DNA from: Octopus sinensis
Lineage: Eukaryota
Direction: 5' to 3'
Length of the DNA: 64,000 bases
Assembly: GCF_006345805.1 (NCBI RefSeq)
Contig: NC_043026.1
Span: 7,874,001-7,938,000, forward strand
Below are positions 1-12,080 of the stretch, one piece after another; position 1 is the first letter of the stretch; each line of letters starts with the position of its first letter. The notes under the pieces were generated by a model. It saw only the letters and a program-made list of their open reading frames with translations. It did not search any database and was not told the origin of the DNA. The position numbers and the translations under genes were made by a program.

Positions 1-1593
1 TGTAAAGATAAACGAAATATTGCTGAGTGTTTTCTCCATCATTCTTCTGATTCTGCCAGCTGACCCATGGTTGGTCATAATTGTTGGGATTAGCCAAGAC
101 GTGGGTGTGATCCTGGGGTATTAATGATGCAGTCTTGACTTCAATGCCGCTGCATAGCATCTTGTGTGCCATACCTTGAGAGTAGCATTGAGTAAATGGA
201 AATAGTAAAGGATCCCTCTAATCCTTTGAATACCAACCTGGCTGAAACTGCCCCTGGTTCTGTAGTACAAATGCCTTGTTTACATAAGCTTTGAATTAAA
301 ATCTTCCACCAAACCTTAGTCTACTAAATTCTTATATTTAAAATCAATTGTATGAATAATTCAAAACAAGGTGAATAAACATTACATTTGACAGAAACAT
401 CAGAACACTGAAAGCTTAAAAGTATATGTCTGTGGAATATTCAGCCACTTACATGTTAATTCCATGAGCTTATTGGTTCAGTTTTTCCAATAACTGAAAA
501 CGTGTTGGAAATTCTGCCCAAAATCCATTTTTATCTATGTTATTTCTTGTTGTGTGCTTAAGTGTCACCCTTTCCACTGTTTCAATTATGGAAAGACATT
601 GAAGAAGACATGGTATTGAAACCTTCAAAACAAACAAGTCGAGTGTTATACTCAAGGCAACCTTGATTATGGAACAACAGTGTTCAAACAATCTCTAAAT
701 CTATTCATCAAAATACTTTTATAAAGAGCTTTTATAAACTGTGAAATTTCCATTGTAGCCATTACTGTTTCTCTATTAGTGTACCACCTATCCATGGAAG
801 GCGAAGTGGGTTTATCAGAGATTTGAACTGCAGTTTCGGAACCACACAAATATTGACAGAAAGACACCGATCCCCTTTGTTAGCCATTTTCTGGCGTTCC
901 TCTCATTCTGGAAAGGGTTGAGGGTTGTTTAGAATGTTTTGAAGTTGCTGATTAGACACAAGTCAGTCCAGGTTGAACAGACATTCTAGCCAAGACTACC
1001 ACATAGGACTGCATTATTCAGTGTGTCTGAAGACTTGGCTGCTATGTCTAGCTTGTTGAGCAGCTGTGTAGGGACCACCCTATGTTGGTTTGAAAGTTTT
1101 TAGTTCTTTTTGTTATTGTTGTTTAATCAGGAAGGAAAAGGCAGTTCCCTTGATATTTTATATTTTTTAGGGTCCACCTAGTGGGGAGAGAAGACGTAAT
1201 TCTCAAACCAGAGACCTGGCTTCAGTACTTCAAACACAGTACCCTCTCCCCACTAAAGTGACCCCAGCATCAGGTGAGGGATTAAGTCTACTACACAACT
1301 TGTAAGAATAGAAAGGGAGGGATTAGACACCACAAGGTATCTCTAACGATGTTCTAACAATTTGCTGGCCAGGTATTTTGTCTTATTGATCCTTGGAATG
1401 GATGAATGGTTAAGATGATGTTGGTCAGAACGGAACACCACTAGGTATATTATTCTCTGCTCTAACAAGCTTACTAATTCACATAAAACATTCTGTTGAA
1501 GTTGACCTCTCTCTCTCTACATTCAATGGACCCACCTCATTTACTTGACAATGTCCAATTGAAGTTCTGTGGTTTCTCTTTTCATTTGTGCAG

Positions 1594-1779
1594 TGACTGA
1601 GCAGAGCCAGTTCGGCGTCAATCCATCGGCCATGTTGAGTGATGAAATCGACTGGCTCAGTAATTTTGTCACCTCTGAGTACATCGAGCTTCGTACCACA
1701 GAAAACATGCTGATGGCTGGTCACCTGAAGTTGTGTAAAACTCTGTTTACCTGTGAACAAGTTGATAAAGAAGAATTTG
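1594..1779 (+). CDS. USP24: USP24-like exon (TEQSQFGVNP...AGHLKLCKTLFTCEQVDKEEF)
   Basis: tgcag acceptor, gtaagt donor; phase 1 to 1; LLAGHL-like motif. Confidence 0.85.
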
Positions 1780-2048
1780 GTAAGTTTCCAAATATTCTCT
1801 GAATGTCAATATAGTTGTCCTGTCATCCAAGATACATTTGTCCTTTGGTGTGAAAAGATATAGAGAATAAACTTTTGTTTCTGTTGGATTAAAATAATCA
1901 AGATTTTCTTTTGTTTCATAAATGTTTGTAAAAAAAAAACTGTTTGACAAAAGAAGGTGATAAGCAACAAAAGGTTTCAGGTACCCCTTACCATTTTCTA
2001 AATATACTGTTTGCTTGTAATTTGAATTTGATACCTCTGCATTTTCAG

Positions 2049-2163
2049 GCAAAGAGTTGATATCTGAGCTGCTTGATGACTTCCTGTTTCCAGCATCAAA
2101 ACTTATTATGGACAATTTCAATCATGTTAGATCGGAGAGACTCTTCCATAATTTTAATCCCAA
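2049..2163 (+). CDS. USP24: USP24-like exon (KELISELLDDFLFPASK...NFNPK)
   Basis: ttttcag acceptor, gtaaga donor; LLDDFLF motif; phase 1 to 2. Confidence 0.9.
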
Positions 2164-3925
2164 GTAAGATGAAACTCCATCGCTAACTCCCACTTATAAC
2201 TCTATTCAGGCTACCTTCAGCTTGTAACTATACTTATACTTGAACTTCTACTGCATATTTAATGATAAGCAGCATTTAAACATTGGTTTTTGATGAAGAG
2301 CTAAAAGCCCAAAGTATCAAGTCCTGAGTACTACTTTTTTTGACAGCATAACTGAATTATTTTGTGTTATCATATGTAAGGGTTTAAGCTATTATTTCTA
2401 TAGTAATGTGCTGCCTGTTCCTTTACCAAAGTTAATAGAATTTGGACAATACTGTACCTAAAACTGTCTATAACAACCTCACTTTTATCTGCTAGGTTGA
2501 AATTCAAATTGTTTCTTGGTGATTGATTTATTCACATATAATGTTTTCAAAAAATCAAATGCAAACATTTTCCTTGCTTATGATTTTCTGTTGAATTCAG
2601 TGACAAACTATCTTCTCTTTTAGTTGTGAATCCTTTGATCCAATGTACAATTCAGTCCTTCATATTTAACTTCAGTTTTATGCAGAACATGTGAATGTTT
2701 GGTTGAAGAGACCAGGCATTACACTGAGTACATGCTTGGAAGTAGAGACAGCCTCCACTCTTGAAGAGCTGATGTTGCTTTTCTTAAAAATAATCCTCAG
2801 TTAGTCTTTGGTCCTCCTTCCAGTCAGACCCCAGTGTAGTTCCCTGTAGATGACCCTATGAGGGAGAAATGACTCGGGTATTCACTCATCAGGCCTGAGC
2901 CCTTGGTTGGTGCCTGTAAAGTCTACATTCTGGCGGTGGTTGATTCAGTAGGAAACCAAAAATGATGGCTGTTAAAGTCCTCAAGAGCAAAGTCACCTCT
3001 AAGCTATACACTTGTGTATGCACACATGTTGTATGACTGGTACCCAAAGGAAAGATATGTTCAAATTGAAGTGGAAATTCTTTTAGTTGAAGAAATTTGA
3101 GCCATGGTTACTCACATGGCTGCACACGCACTTTGCATACAAGTTAATTTCTGTGGACACCGAAAGCAGAACATGAGAGGCAACATTATTCAAGGCACTT
3201 ATTAACTGGTTGACTGGATGTGGTCTGTGTCTGATGCATTTATGAGGAAGTACATACACACACATGCATTAGTTCCCTTGAATTGAATATCTTTTCTGCT
3301 GGAAACTTCATTTACACCTTTACTTCTTTTTCCCATTATCTGATATTTTTTATGTTCAATTTGTAGTGAACAACTTAAGTCCAAATTTGCTGATGAACAT
3401 GTAGCTTTTGTTTTGCCTCTTGATGGACAAAAAGCCCAAAACATGGAGCTCTGAAATCGACTTTGTTTTTTTTTTCATAGCATAAATTATGATTTTATTT
3501 CTAAGATATTGGATTACATTATAATTTCTTGACTTGCTGCATATTGACTCACACTTGGGAATGAGTTTTGGGAGCCTTCATTTAAGTGTTCACTCATGCA
3601 CAAGAGAGTGTGAATACTGAGAGCTTTAATTCAATTGTATCTGTAATTCAAATGACAGACCTACCTTTCAGTTATGTTAAGGGTACACATGTTTGTGATA
3701 TACTTAGCCACTTATGCATTAGTTTCATAAATTAGGGCCCAGCTAGCTGTAAAACTGAATACTCCTCATTCAGACAGACAGACTCCAACATATGATCCCA
3801 GCTGTTGTGGTTGTTAGCATGTGACTTTGTTATGTAACCCCTTATAGTTATTGTTGCCGTGTGACCTGTTGTCAATGAAGCCTCTACCCTCAACTCCTCT
3901 CTTACTGCTTCTATCCATTCTCCAG

Positions 3926-4070
3926 ATGCACCAATCAAGAATCCAGAGTTGCAGCCTATGACCTTCTCACTGAGTTGACCAAGAAATCATTCAATAATTT
4001 GAAGGAGATTTGTAAACGCCTCATTCAGATGCATCACATGCCGAACCCTGACTGTGCCAACGAGTGGGAG
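3926..4070 (+). CDS. USP24: USP24-like exon (CTNQESRVAAYDLL...CANEWE)
   Basis: tccag acceptor, gtaagt donor; SR.AAY..L motif; phase 2 to 0. Confidence 0.9.
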
Positions 4071-4154
4071 GTAAGTGACACACACACACACACACACACA
4101 CTCTCCTGCTCTCTCTCTCTACTCCTCTCATGGTTCTGTTTGTGTGTATGTCTT

Positions 4155-4485
4155 TTGTCTGCTTCAGTCATTTGACTGTGGCCATGCTGGGGCACTACCA
4201 TGGAGAATGTTTTGTCAAATGAATTGACCCCAGTACTTTTCACTTTTTTGCTGAACTGCTAAGTTAAGGAGATGTAAACACACCACCAGCAGTTGTCAAG
4301 CGGTTGTGGGGGACAAAGACACATGCACACACACATATATAATTGGCTTCTTTCAGTTTCCATTTACCAGGCATTGGTCATTCTGGGACTGTAGAAGAAG
4401 ACACTTGCTCAAGGTGCCATGCAATGAGACTGAACCGACAACCATGAGGTCAGGAAGCAAACCTCTTACCATACAACTCTCCTGG
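4155..4485 (-). mobile_element. Degraded tRNA-type SINE (family A)
   Basis: Reverse-strand match to the 44379-44772 copy (cagtcatttgactgtggccatgctgg tail; cttctttcagtttcc and gacacttgctcaaggtgcc centre). Confidence 0.7.
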
Positions 4486-5151
4486 TGTATACACAACATC
4501 TTTATTGTTTATGTCAATTTCCTTTTGTGTTTACACAAGTCAGATGGAATTTGTTGCAGCAAATATCCTTCGGCTGGATTTGGACCTCTTGTCTGGACAT
4601 ATTTTTCAATGTATGATACTGCTTGTACAACTGTGACTCTCATTTACAGCTACCATGTGATGTCAAGACAAGGAGACCCACAGATACATTTATACATACA
4701 TTCACACCTCCCCTGCCTCCGAGTCTTTAACTTGTTCACCTCCAACCCCGACCTACCTTTCTCTTCTCTCTAAAGAGACTTCCCTTTCCTTCTTATCCCA
4801 CTTCACTATTTCCTTCCATGCCACACATTCTGACTCAACTCTTTCCAGCAGATTTTTCTCTCCCTCTGCAATTTACTACCACTTCACTATCTTTAACTTC
4901 TTGAAATTTTCCACCCAAAAGCTTTCTCTCTTTTCTTAAACTCATGCATCTACGGCATTCCTCTTGTCTTTTTGTGTTCTTCACCTAATTTTCTTTCACC
5001 ATTTCCTCACCATATCATGGACATTCCTACCTCCCCAATCTTTTCTCCAGCTGTGTAACCTCTCTGAACTCTTCACTAATGATGTGTGACTTTTAAATTA
5101 CATATCTTCTCTCACAGAACTCAGAATTGTTTTACCAGTCTGGTAGTGTAC

Positions 5152-5380
5152 TCTCTCTCTTTTACTCTTTTACTTGTTTCAGTCATTTGAATGTGGCCTT
5201 GCTGGAGCACCGCCTTTAGTTGAGCAAATCGACCCCAGGACTTATTCTTTGTAAGCCTAGTACTTATTCTATTGGTCTCTTTTGCCGAACCGCTAAGTTA
5301 TGGGGACGTAAACACACCAGCATCGGTTGTCAAGCGATGTTGGGGCGACAAACACAGACACACAAACATATACACACACA

Positions 5381-5432
<52 letters not shown>

Positions 5433-5573
5433 TATATACGACGGCTTCTTTCAGTTTCCATCTACCAAATCCACTCACAAGGCTTTGGTTGGCCAAGGTG
5501 CCATGCAGTGGGAGTGAACTCGGAACCATGTGGTTGATAAGCAAGCTACTTACCACACAGCCACTTCTATGCC
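5152..5573 (-). mobile_element. Full-length tRNA-type SINE (family A) with an internal (TA)n microsatellite
   Basis: Reverse complement of the 44379-44772 copy from head to (AAAAGAGT)n-like tail; (TA)n at about 5385-5425. Confidence 0.85.
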
Positions 5574-6901
5574 TATATGTAGTTAATTTTTATCTAGTTT
5601 TTCTCTTATTTTTCTCTCACTTCTCTCTCCGACCTGCCCTCTCCTCCTGACCCCTGAACTTGTACCTGATGTCCATGTGTACCACATGTCTGATATTGAG
5701 CTTCCCCAGGGTTGTTTTTGAAGATGTCCTGAAACAAGAGAACGAACTCACTTGTCCTGATGATGTCTAATGATGTTACTTTCTGTCAGCCATAGGTGAC
5801 ACATCTTTACGACAAGTGAATGATCCATCCTCACACAAAAGAGCTGCTGACCTCTGTGTGACTGTGATTAATCACTGGAGCCGGAAGTGAAATTAGGAAA
5901 TTAAATTTTTGTCCATGTCATCCACACATGATGATTGCTTCATCTTATCAGATAACAACCGTCTGACAGTAAATGGTGAGACATCTGTTTGTCATTGGAT
6001 TTAAGTGACAAGACCTTGTCCAACACTTCTGCCACTCTGTCAGTCACCATAGAAGGTTCCAGTGACAAGCATTGCAAAGTGATGCTACTATTGTGATTGC
6101 TAGTTTTATGTAAGAATATCTTTCTCCTAGAAGAGCTGCCTTCTTCATGGTTTTGTTGAAAATAAAAGGAACCACTGATACTCTTGGGGAATCTATTCGG
6201 CCAATAAATGAGACCCTGACAGCTATCACCATTCCAGGTTAGAATAAACTTGGGAGTAAGGTAACTAAGGAGTGACTAGGCTTCAGTCCTCATCTACCAA
6301 ATCCACTCCAAGGCTTTAGTTGGCCTGGGACTATAATAGGAAACATTTACTCAAGGTGCCATGCACTACTATTCAGTGGTATTGAACCCAAGGCTATATG
6401 GTTGTGAAACAAACTTCTTACCACACACACACACACCCAATAGGCTTCTTTCAGTTTCTGCCTGTAAAATCCTCTTTGGCCTGTATGCAGAAGTTTATAT
6501 GAATCCCTGTGTATCCAAAGGGAAACTATGAGGAAGATTTATAATCAAGTGTGAGTTTCATTTCATTGGATTTTACAGTTGAACAGATCTGAGGGTGCAG
6601 AGAAAAAACAGAATCTGACGGCTTGTTTTGCTTTCTTTATAGAGGGACATAAATTCGTGTGTGTATGTGTATCTAATGTACACACTATTAAAATAAGAAT
6701 TACTAATAGTTTCTTACCATGGAGATACAAGTGTCTGGGTTTCAAATAGAACTAGCCATGTACCCTGAGCCTGAGGATTGCTTGGCCACACAAAACTTGT
6801 TATATAAATCTGCCTAATCACAGAACCTCCTTGGCAAGAAACTAAAAAAAATTCATCTCTCACTGGATGGAGTATTTTTTTGTTGATCCTATCTTAACAG
6901 T

Positions 6902-6932
<31 letters not shown>

Positions 6933-7232
6933 GTATGTATGTAATATCAGGAAATAGAGAGAGAGACTGAGTGGCGGCAAAGCTGGAAGTCTGGAAGAAA
7001 AGATGGGATGTTGTCTAGCCATCAGTTCTGGCCCATGAATGTGTGGATGTGACACACACTGGAACCCCAGTGGTTGTGCACCATCCAGTGACATCGATTC
7101 CTCCTGGTCACTCACCAAATATGAATGAAGGAAAAGAAAACTTTCAGAGATATATATTCTTTTCTGTTTTTTTTGTATCTGATTTGACTAACCTCTGAAC
7201 CCTACACGTTTTGCTGTTTTCCTTCTTGACAG

Positions 7233-7393
7233 TACATGCCTGCTGTTGATGGCCGAGCAGATTGTGGTTTCGTTGGTCTGAAGAATGGTGGTGCCACCTG
7301 CTATATGAACTCCGTCCTACAACAGATCTACATGGCACCTGGCATCTCTGAGTTTATCTTATCTATTGATGAAGAGGAAGTAGATGAAGACAG
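7233..7393 (+). CDS. USP24: USP24-like exon carrying the catalytic Cys box ([20 protein letters not shown])
   Basis: gacag acceptor, gtaaga donor; canonical USP Cys box; phase 0 to 2. Confidence 0.97.
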
Positions 7394-7811
7394 GTAAGAA
7401 GCATGATTTTTCGTCTTGTTCCTTTGGAATATTTTTGGTAAATGTCTTTGAACAACTTCTTTATTGACAATTGGTCGTGATTGGGAAAATTTCAAACCTT
7501 ATCCTTTGGAGAAGGTACAGAAGCCCCTACTGGGATTCAACTCAACTCCTTTGTCTTTATTTTTGTTGTTTTTATGTCTGCTTTTCCCATACTGAACGAA
7601 TCTTCCCGGGGCAGTAGTCTTAACACAATCCTTGCTTTTCAAATAAAGGAAGTTCTTCTACTGGCCTTCAGATGTTTAGACAGTGGCCTTGTGCACTTGT
7701 ACAAATGTCGCTGCTGCCCAATGAATGTTAGTGTGAAGATATGTAGACACACACACACACACACACAGAATGCTTCTGCAGTTTAAAGTTGCAGCTTGGT
7801 TTCTTGAGTTG

Positions 7812-8520
7812 TCATCATCATCATTTAACATGCCTTTCCCATGCTGGTATGGGTTGGATGACTTGACAGAAGTTGGCAAACCAGGGAGCTGTACCAGGCC
7901 CCAGTCATCTGTTCTGACATGGTCTCTACGGCAGACGCTCTTCCTAACGCCAACCACTTTACAGAGTGCACTGGATGCTCTTTCACAGCATCTGCATGGG
8001 TCCTTTTTATATAGCACCAGCACCTTTGAGCCTGCAAGATTAGTATCGCTCAGCTGAAGAGGGATGCAGGGGACATTCCTGTAGACAAGGATACACATGG
8101 TTCTACTTAGGTTGACATTTCTTCTCAAGCACAGAAACCTGACAGAAGTCTCGGCCTCTTGTCGTCCCTTCTGTGAAGTTCGTCTGAAGATCCTTTCTCA
8201 CCACTTTGTCCCATGTCTTCCTGGGTCTACCCCTTCCATTGTTCCATCCACAATTAGAGCTCAGGACTCCTAAATGCAGCTGTCCTCATCCTTACAATCA
8301 CATGACCATACCAGTGCAGTCTGCTCCCTTGCACAGTACATCTGAGGCCCCGTTTACCCACTTTTCTCTCAAATCACTTTCACTCTGTCATATATGCCCA
8401 TGAGCATTAACTCATTCTGGCTTCATTTGTTTCACAGTCCATGTCTCACTGCCATGTAGCATAGCTATACATACACAGGCATCATTCAATCTACCTTTCA
8501 TCTGTGTGACTATGAGGGTT
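7812..8520 (-). mobile_element. Old RTE LINE 3' fragment (RT C-terminus plus 3' UTR and (GAT)n tail)
   Basis: Minus strand reads ...KGRLNDACV..AMLHGSETW and GRGRPRKTWDKVV, with stops. Same 3' UTR and tail as 38540-41580. Confidence 0.8.
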
Positions 8521-9036
8521 TGTAAGTGTGGATTTGAGTGCCATTTTTGGGAACAAAACGTTCTGATAGTTCAGTGGTTTGATGTGCAAAGGCATGAAAT
8601 AAATGACCGTACTTGAAGAGTGAGTTTTTGTCCAGGTCTTCTGGTTTTAGCATTCTGCCTCAATGGCCTTGCTATGTCTTCTCCAACCCATGCCAGCGCA
8701 AAGAAAGTCAAAACAGTAATGGTGATGATAAATAGATATGAATGTTCTTAGATTTTAGGAGTCTGTCATCATCACCGTCGTCTGTGTGGATGTAAAATCT
8801 TAGGTGGTTTAAAAATCTTTTTTTTCCTATGACAAAATTAAGGAACACCAAAGCTGGAATAATTAGGTTTATTAAATGCAATATTTCTTTTTACTAATTA
8901 ACCATTTGCCTATTCATTAATGCATTTTTCTGTGCTGGTTGTGAAAAACATATTTGTGTAGGGGCCACATTCACAGTTAACACAGAAACAGGGACCATGT
9001 AACTGTTTTACTATGGATATCTTTTTCTTGTTGCAG

Positions 9037-9217
9037 TGTGTATTACCATGTACAACAGATTTTCGGACATCTGACTGATAGCAAGCTTCAGTACCATGAA
9101 CCAGAGAGTTTTTGGAAAGTATTTAAACTGTGGGGTCAAACGATAAATATCCACGAACAACAAGATGCATTTGATTTCTTCCAGGCTCTTATTGATCAAG
9201 TCGATGAACATATGAAA
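9037..9217 (+). CDS. USP24: USP24-like exon (VYYHVQQIFGHL...EQQDAFDFF...DEHMK)
   Basis: tgcag acceptor, gtaagt donor; QQDA box; phase 2 to 0. Confidence 0.95.
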
Positions 9218-9470
9218 GTAAGTGACTCTCCTCCCCATCCCCTTAACATTGTCTGTCAAATATGTGCCTTCATACAGAGAGTAGGGTCTGCCTTTCAATT
9301 CACTGCTCTGCCTTTTTATTGTTTTGCATTTGTAGAAATTATTATTTCTATTAACCCTTAAGCATTTAAACCAGCTGCATCCAGCTCAAATATTCTTGTT
9401 TTAGGTTCAAACTGGCCCGACATTGCTTTTCACACCTACTTTTCCTATAATGTAATTTTAAAAATAAACA

Positions 9471-9640
9471 GGTGCAGGAGTGGCTGTGTGGTAAGTAACT
9501 TGCTTACCAACCACATAGTTCCGGGTTCAGTCCCACTACTTGGCACCTTGGGCAAATGTCTTCTAGTATAGCCTTGGGCTGACTGAAGCCTTGTTATTGG
9601 ATTTGGTAGATGGAAACTGAAAGAAACCTGTCGTATATAT
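9471..9640 (+). mobile_element. SINE family A, 5' half
   Basis: ggtgcaggagtggctgtgtggtaag...ggttcagtccc (Pol III A/B-box-like head) through gaaactgaaagaa..tcgtatat. Confidence 0.8.
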
Positions 9641-9642
9641 AC

Positions 9643-10006
9643 TCTCTCTTTACTCTTTTACTTGTTTCAGTCATTTGACTGTGGCCATGCTGGAGCACCA
9701 CCTTTTAGTCGAGCAAATCAACCCCAGGACTTATTCTTTGTAAACCTAGTACTTATTCTGTCGGTCTCTTTTGCTGAACCGCTAAGTTACGGGGATGTAA
9801 ACACACCAACATCAATTGTCAAGCAACGTTGGGGGGACAAACACAGACGCACAGACATATACACATATACGACGGGCTTCTTTCAGTTTCTGTCTACCAA
9901 ATCCACTCACAAGGCTTTGGTCGGCCCAAGGCTATAGTAGAAGACACTTGCCCAAGGTGCCACACAGTGGGACTGAACCCAGAACCATGTGGTTCGTAAG
10001 CAAGCT
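9643..10006 (-). mobile_element. SINE family A, near full length, inverted and nested in the previous copy
   Basis: Reverse-complement match to the family; the extreme 5' end is missing. Confidence 0.85.
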
Positions 10007-10007
10007 A

Positions 10008-10114
10008 TGTCCAAGGTCAAATAATTCATGCATCACAGGTATGGAAGTAATTGGTGAAGCCGTTTTCATGTGAAAAGTGAATACACACACATCTCTATTT
10101 TATATATATTAGAT
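10008..10114 (+). mobile_element. 3' end of a Helitron-like non-autonomous element (second copy at 26396-26492)
   Basis: About 95 bp near-identical to 26396-26492; palindrome ttttca[c/t]gtgaaaa, a (CA)n tract, and a ttttatatatattagat end. Confidence 0.5.
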
Positions 10115-10129
10115 AATCTAACATTTGTG

Positions 10130-10322
10130 TGTATATGTGTGTTTGTTTCCTTGCCATTGCTTGACAATTGATGTTGGTGTGTTTACATCCCCGTAACTTA
10201 GCAGTTCGGTAAAAGAGACCGTTAAGTACTAGGCTTATAAATAATAAGTTCTGGGGTTGATTTGTTCACCTAAAGGCAGAGCTCCAGCATTGGCTGCAGT
10301 CAAATGATTGAAACGAATAAGT
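10130..10322 (+). mobile_element. SINE family A, 3' half
   Basis: gcttgacaa..gatgttggtgtgtttacatccccgtaacttagc through gtcaaatgattgaaac. Confidence 0.75.
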
Positions 10323-11997
10323 CACATCAACAAAATCTCAAAGCTACAAGATTTATGCAGGATTAATCAAAAGCAATGAGAAGAGATCTGAATGTGAAGG
10401 GGTTGAAATAGGGACCACATGAACCAGCGAGGGAGCTCCTATGTAGTCATTTGACCATACAAAATGTAACAGCCAAATCTCCCCTCAACAGATTCCCTTC
10501 TCTTTGACTCTTTAGTATTTAAACCAGCCATATCTGGTGACCAAATATTCTGTTTTAAGTTCAAACTGGTCAGATCCAGACTCTCACATCCACCCTGCAA
10601 TGTAATTCTAATAATCACATCATTGGGATCTCGAAGCTTTGAGATTATGGGAATAAATAAGGATTAGATTTGAGAATATTAAAGGGTTAACAAATTAGTA
10701 GCAGGGTGGCTAGAATGCATTACCACATTTGTTCTGACTCACTGTGCTCTGAGTTCAAATTTTACTGGGGTCAGTTTAACTTTTTGTCCTCTCAAGGTTG
10801 ATAAAGATTGTACTACCCCAGGGTGGTAGATTGGCAGATTCATTCAAGCATCAGACAAAGCTTCTTGTGATATCTAATCTAACCCTGTGCCTTCTGAGTT
10901 CAATTCCCTGGTGATCCTATTTCAGTGTTTGTCAGTATGTTTGGTTTTATATTTTCTTACTGTTTTTTCATCCTTAGAGACTCCATCTTCTAGTAAAACA
11001 TGTCTGTGTGTCTCAGAATTAATGTCAGTTGCTATAAAATGGCAGCAACATGGCTGAATGGTTGAATAGCTCACTTTGCAATCATGGACATTCTTGCATC
11101 AGTCCCACCGTGAAATGGAAACTGTAGTGAAGCTTATTTGTTTTCTTGTCCCTGACACTCAAAGGTCCAGCCTTTTCACATGTTGTGTTAAACTGATTCT
11201 CTCTGAGGATTACATTAAAAGTGTGTGGAATACTCAGCCACTGACATTAGAAAATGCATCAATGAAACTCTGGGAGATTCATTTATTATAATGTCTGGTC
11301 TTGTATGTTGAGATAAACTTCCATTTGGGACGAAGTTCCATGTTGGTTTGGTTGTTGAGTGATGTTGGGGGACAAACACACACGTATGTGATAGGCTTCT
11401 TTCAGTTTCTGTCTACCAAATCCACTCACAAGACTTTGGTTGGTCTGACGCTATATTAAAAGACATTTGCTCAAGGGGCAACAACTGTCTCCTTGAAGTG
11501 GTGCTCCAGCATGACTATAGGCCATTAAATGAAAAAATGAGTCTGTAGCAATCTTTACAGCTTTCAACCATTATTCTTTGTGTGTTTGTGTGTGTGTAGT
11601 TATGTATGTGTCTGTGTTTGTCCCTCACTACTGCTTGACAAGCAGTGTTGGTGTGTTTATGTCCCCATAACTTAGTGGTTCAGCAAAAGAGATCGATAGA
11701 ACAAGTACCAGGTTTCAAAAGCAATACTTTCAGAGCATCGTATTTCTTTTAATGTCTGATGTGCTTTCTCTTGCCTGCCATTTAGAGAAGAGCTGTCTGT
11801 TCCTGATAAATCTTCATAAGGATGGAAACTAGTCTTTGGTCCCTCTTTTTCTGTCCAGTGTGGAATTTGTGTGGAAACAACAGCAGTTGTTCAATGTAAT
11901 TAATTGATCTGAATTGATTTACCAATGCAGTGTTGGCTGTAATCTATCGATTGATTCTGTTGTGTGAGGAATTTCTTGATCACCTTTTCTTTTCCAG

Positions 11998-12080
11998 CGA
12001 ATCGGACGAGATGAAATCTTCAAGCGGAAATTTCAAGGAATTTTCTCTGACCAAAAAATTTGCAAGGACTGCCCTCATCG
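11998..12080 (+). CDS. USP24: USP24-like exon (RIGRDEIFKRKFQGIFSDQKICKDCPHR)
   Basis: ttccag acceptor, gtatgt donor; first CxxC of the fingers subdomain; phase 0 to 2. Confidence 0.95.

Noticed and set aside
470-867. Minus-strand ORFs faintly resembling non-LTR RT (LYKSIL.NRF)
   Set aside because: No intact diagnostic motif; cannot be told from chance without a profile search.
5293-5650. ORFs with YIYIYI or THTHTH runs here and elsewhere
   Set aside because: Translations of (TA)n and (CA)n microsatellites within SINEs.
9471-9545. tRNA-like sequences at SINE heads
   Set aside because: A/B-box-like motifs only, no complete cloverleaf; these are SINE heads, not tRNA genes.
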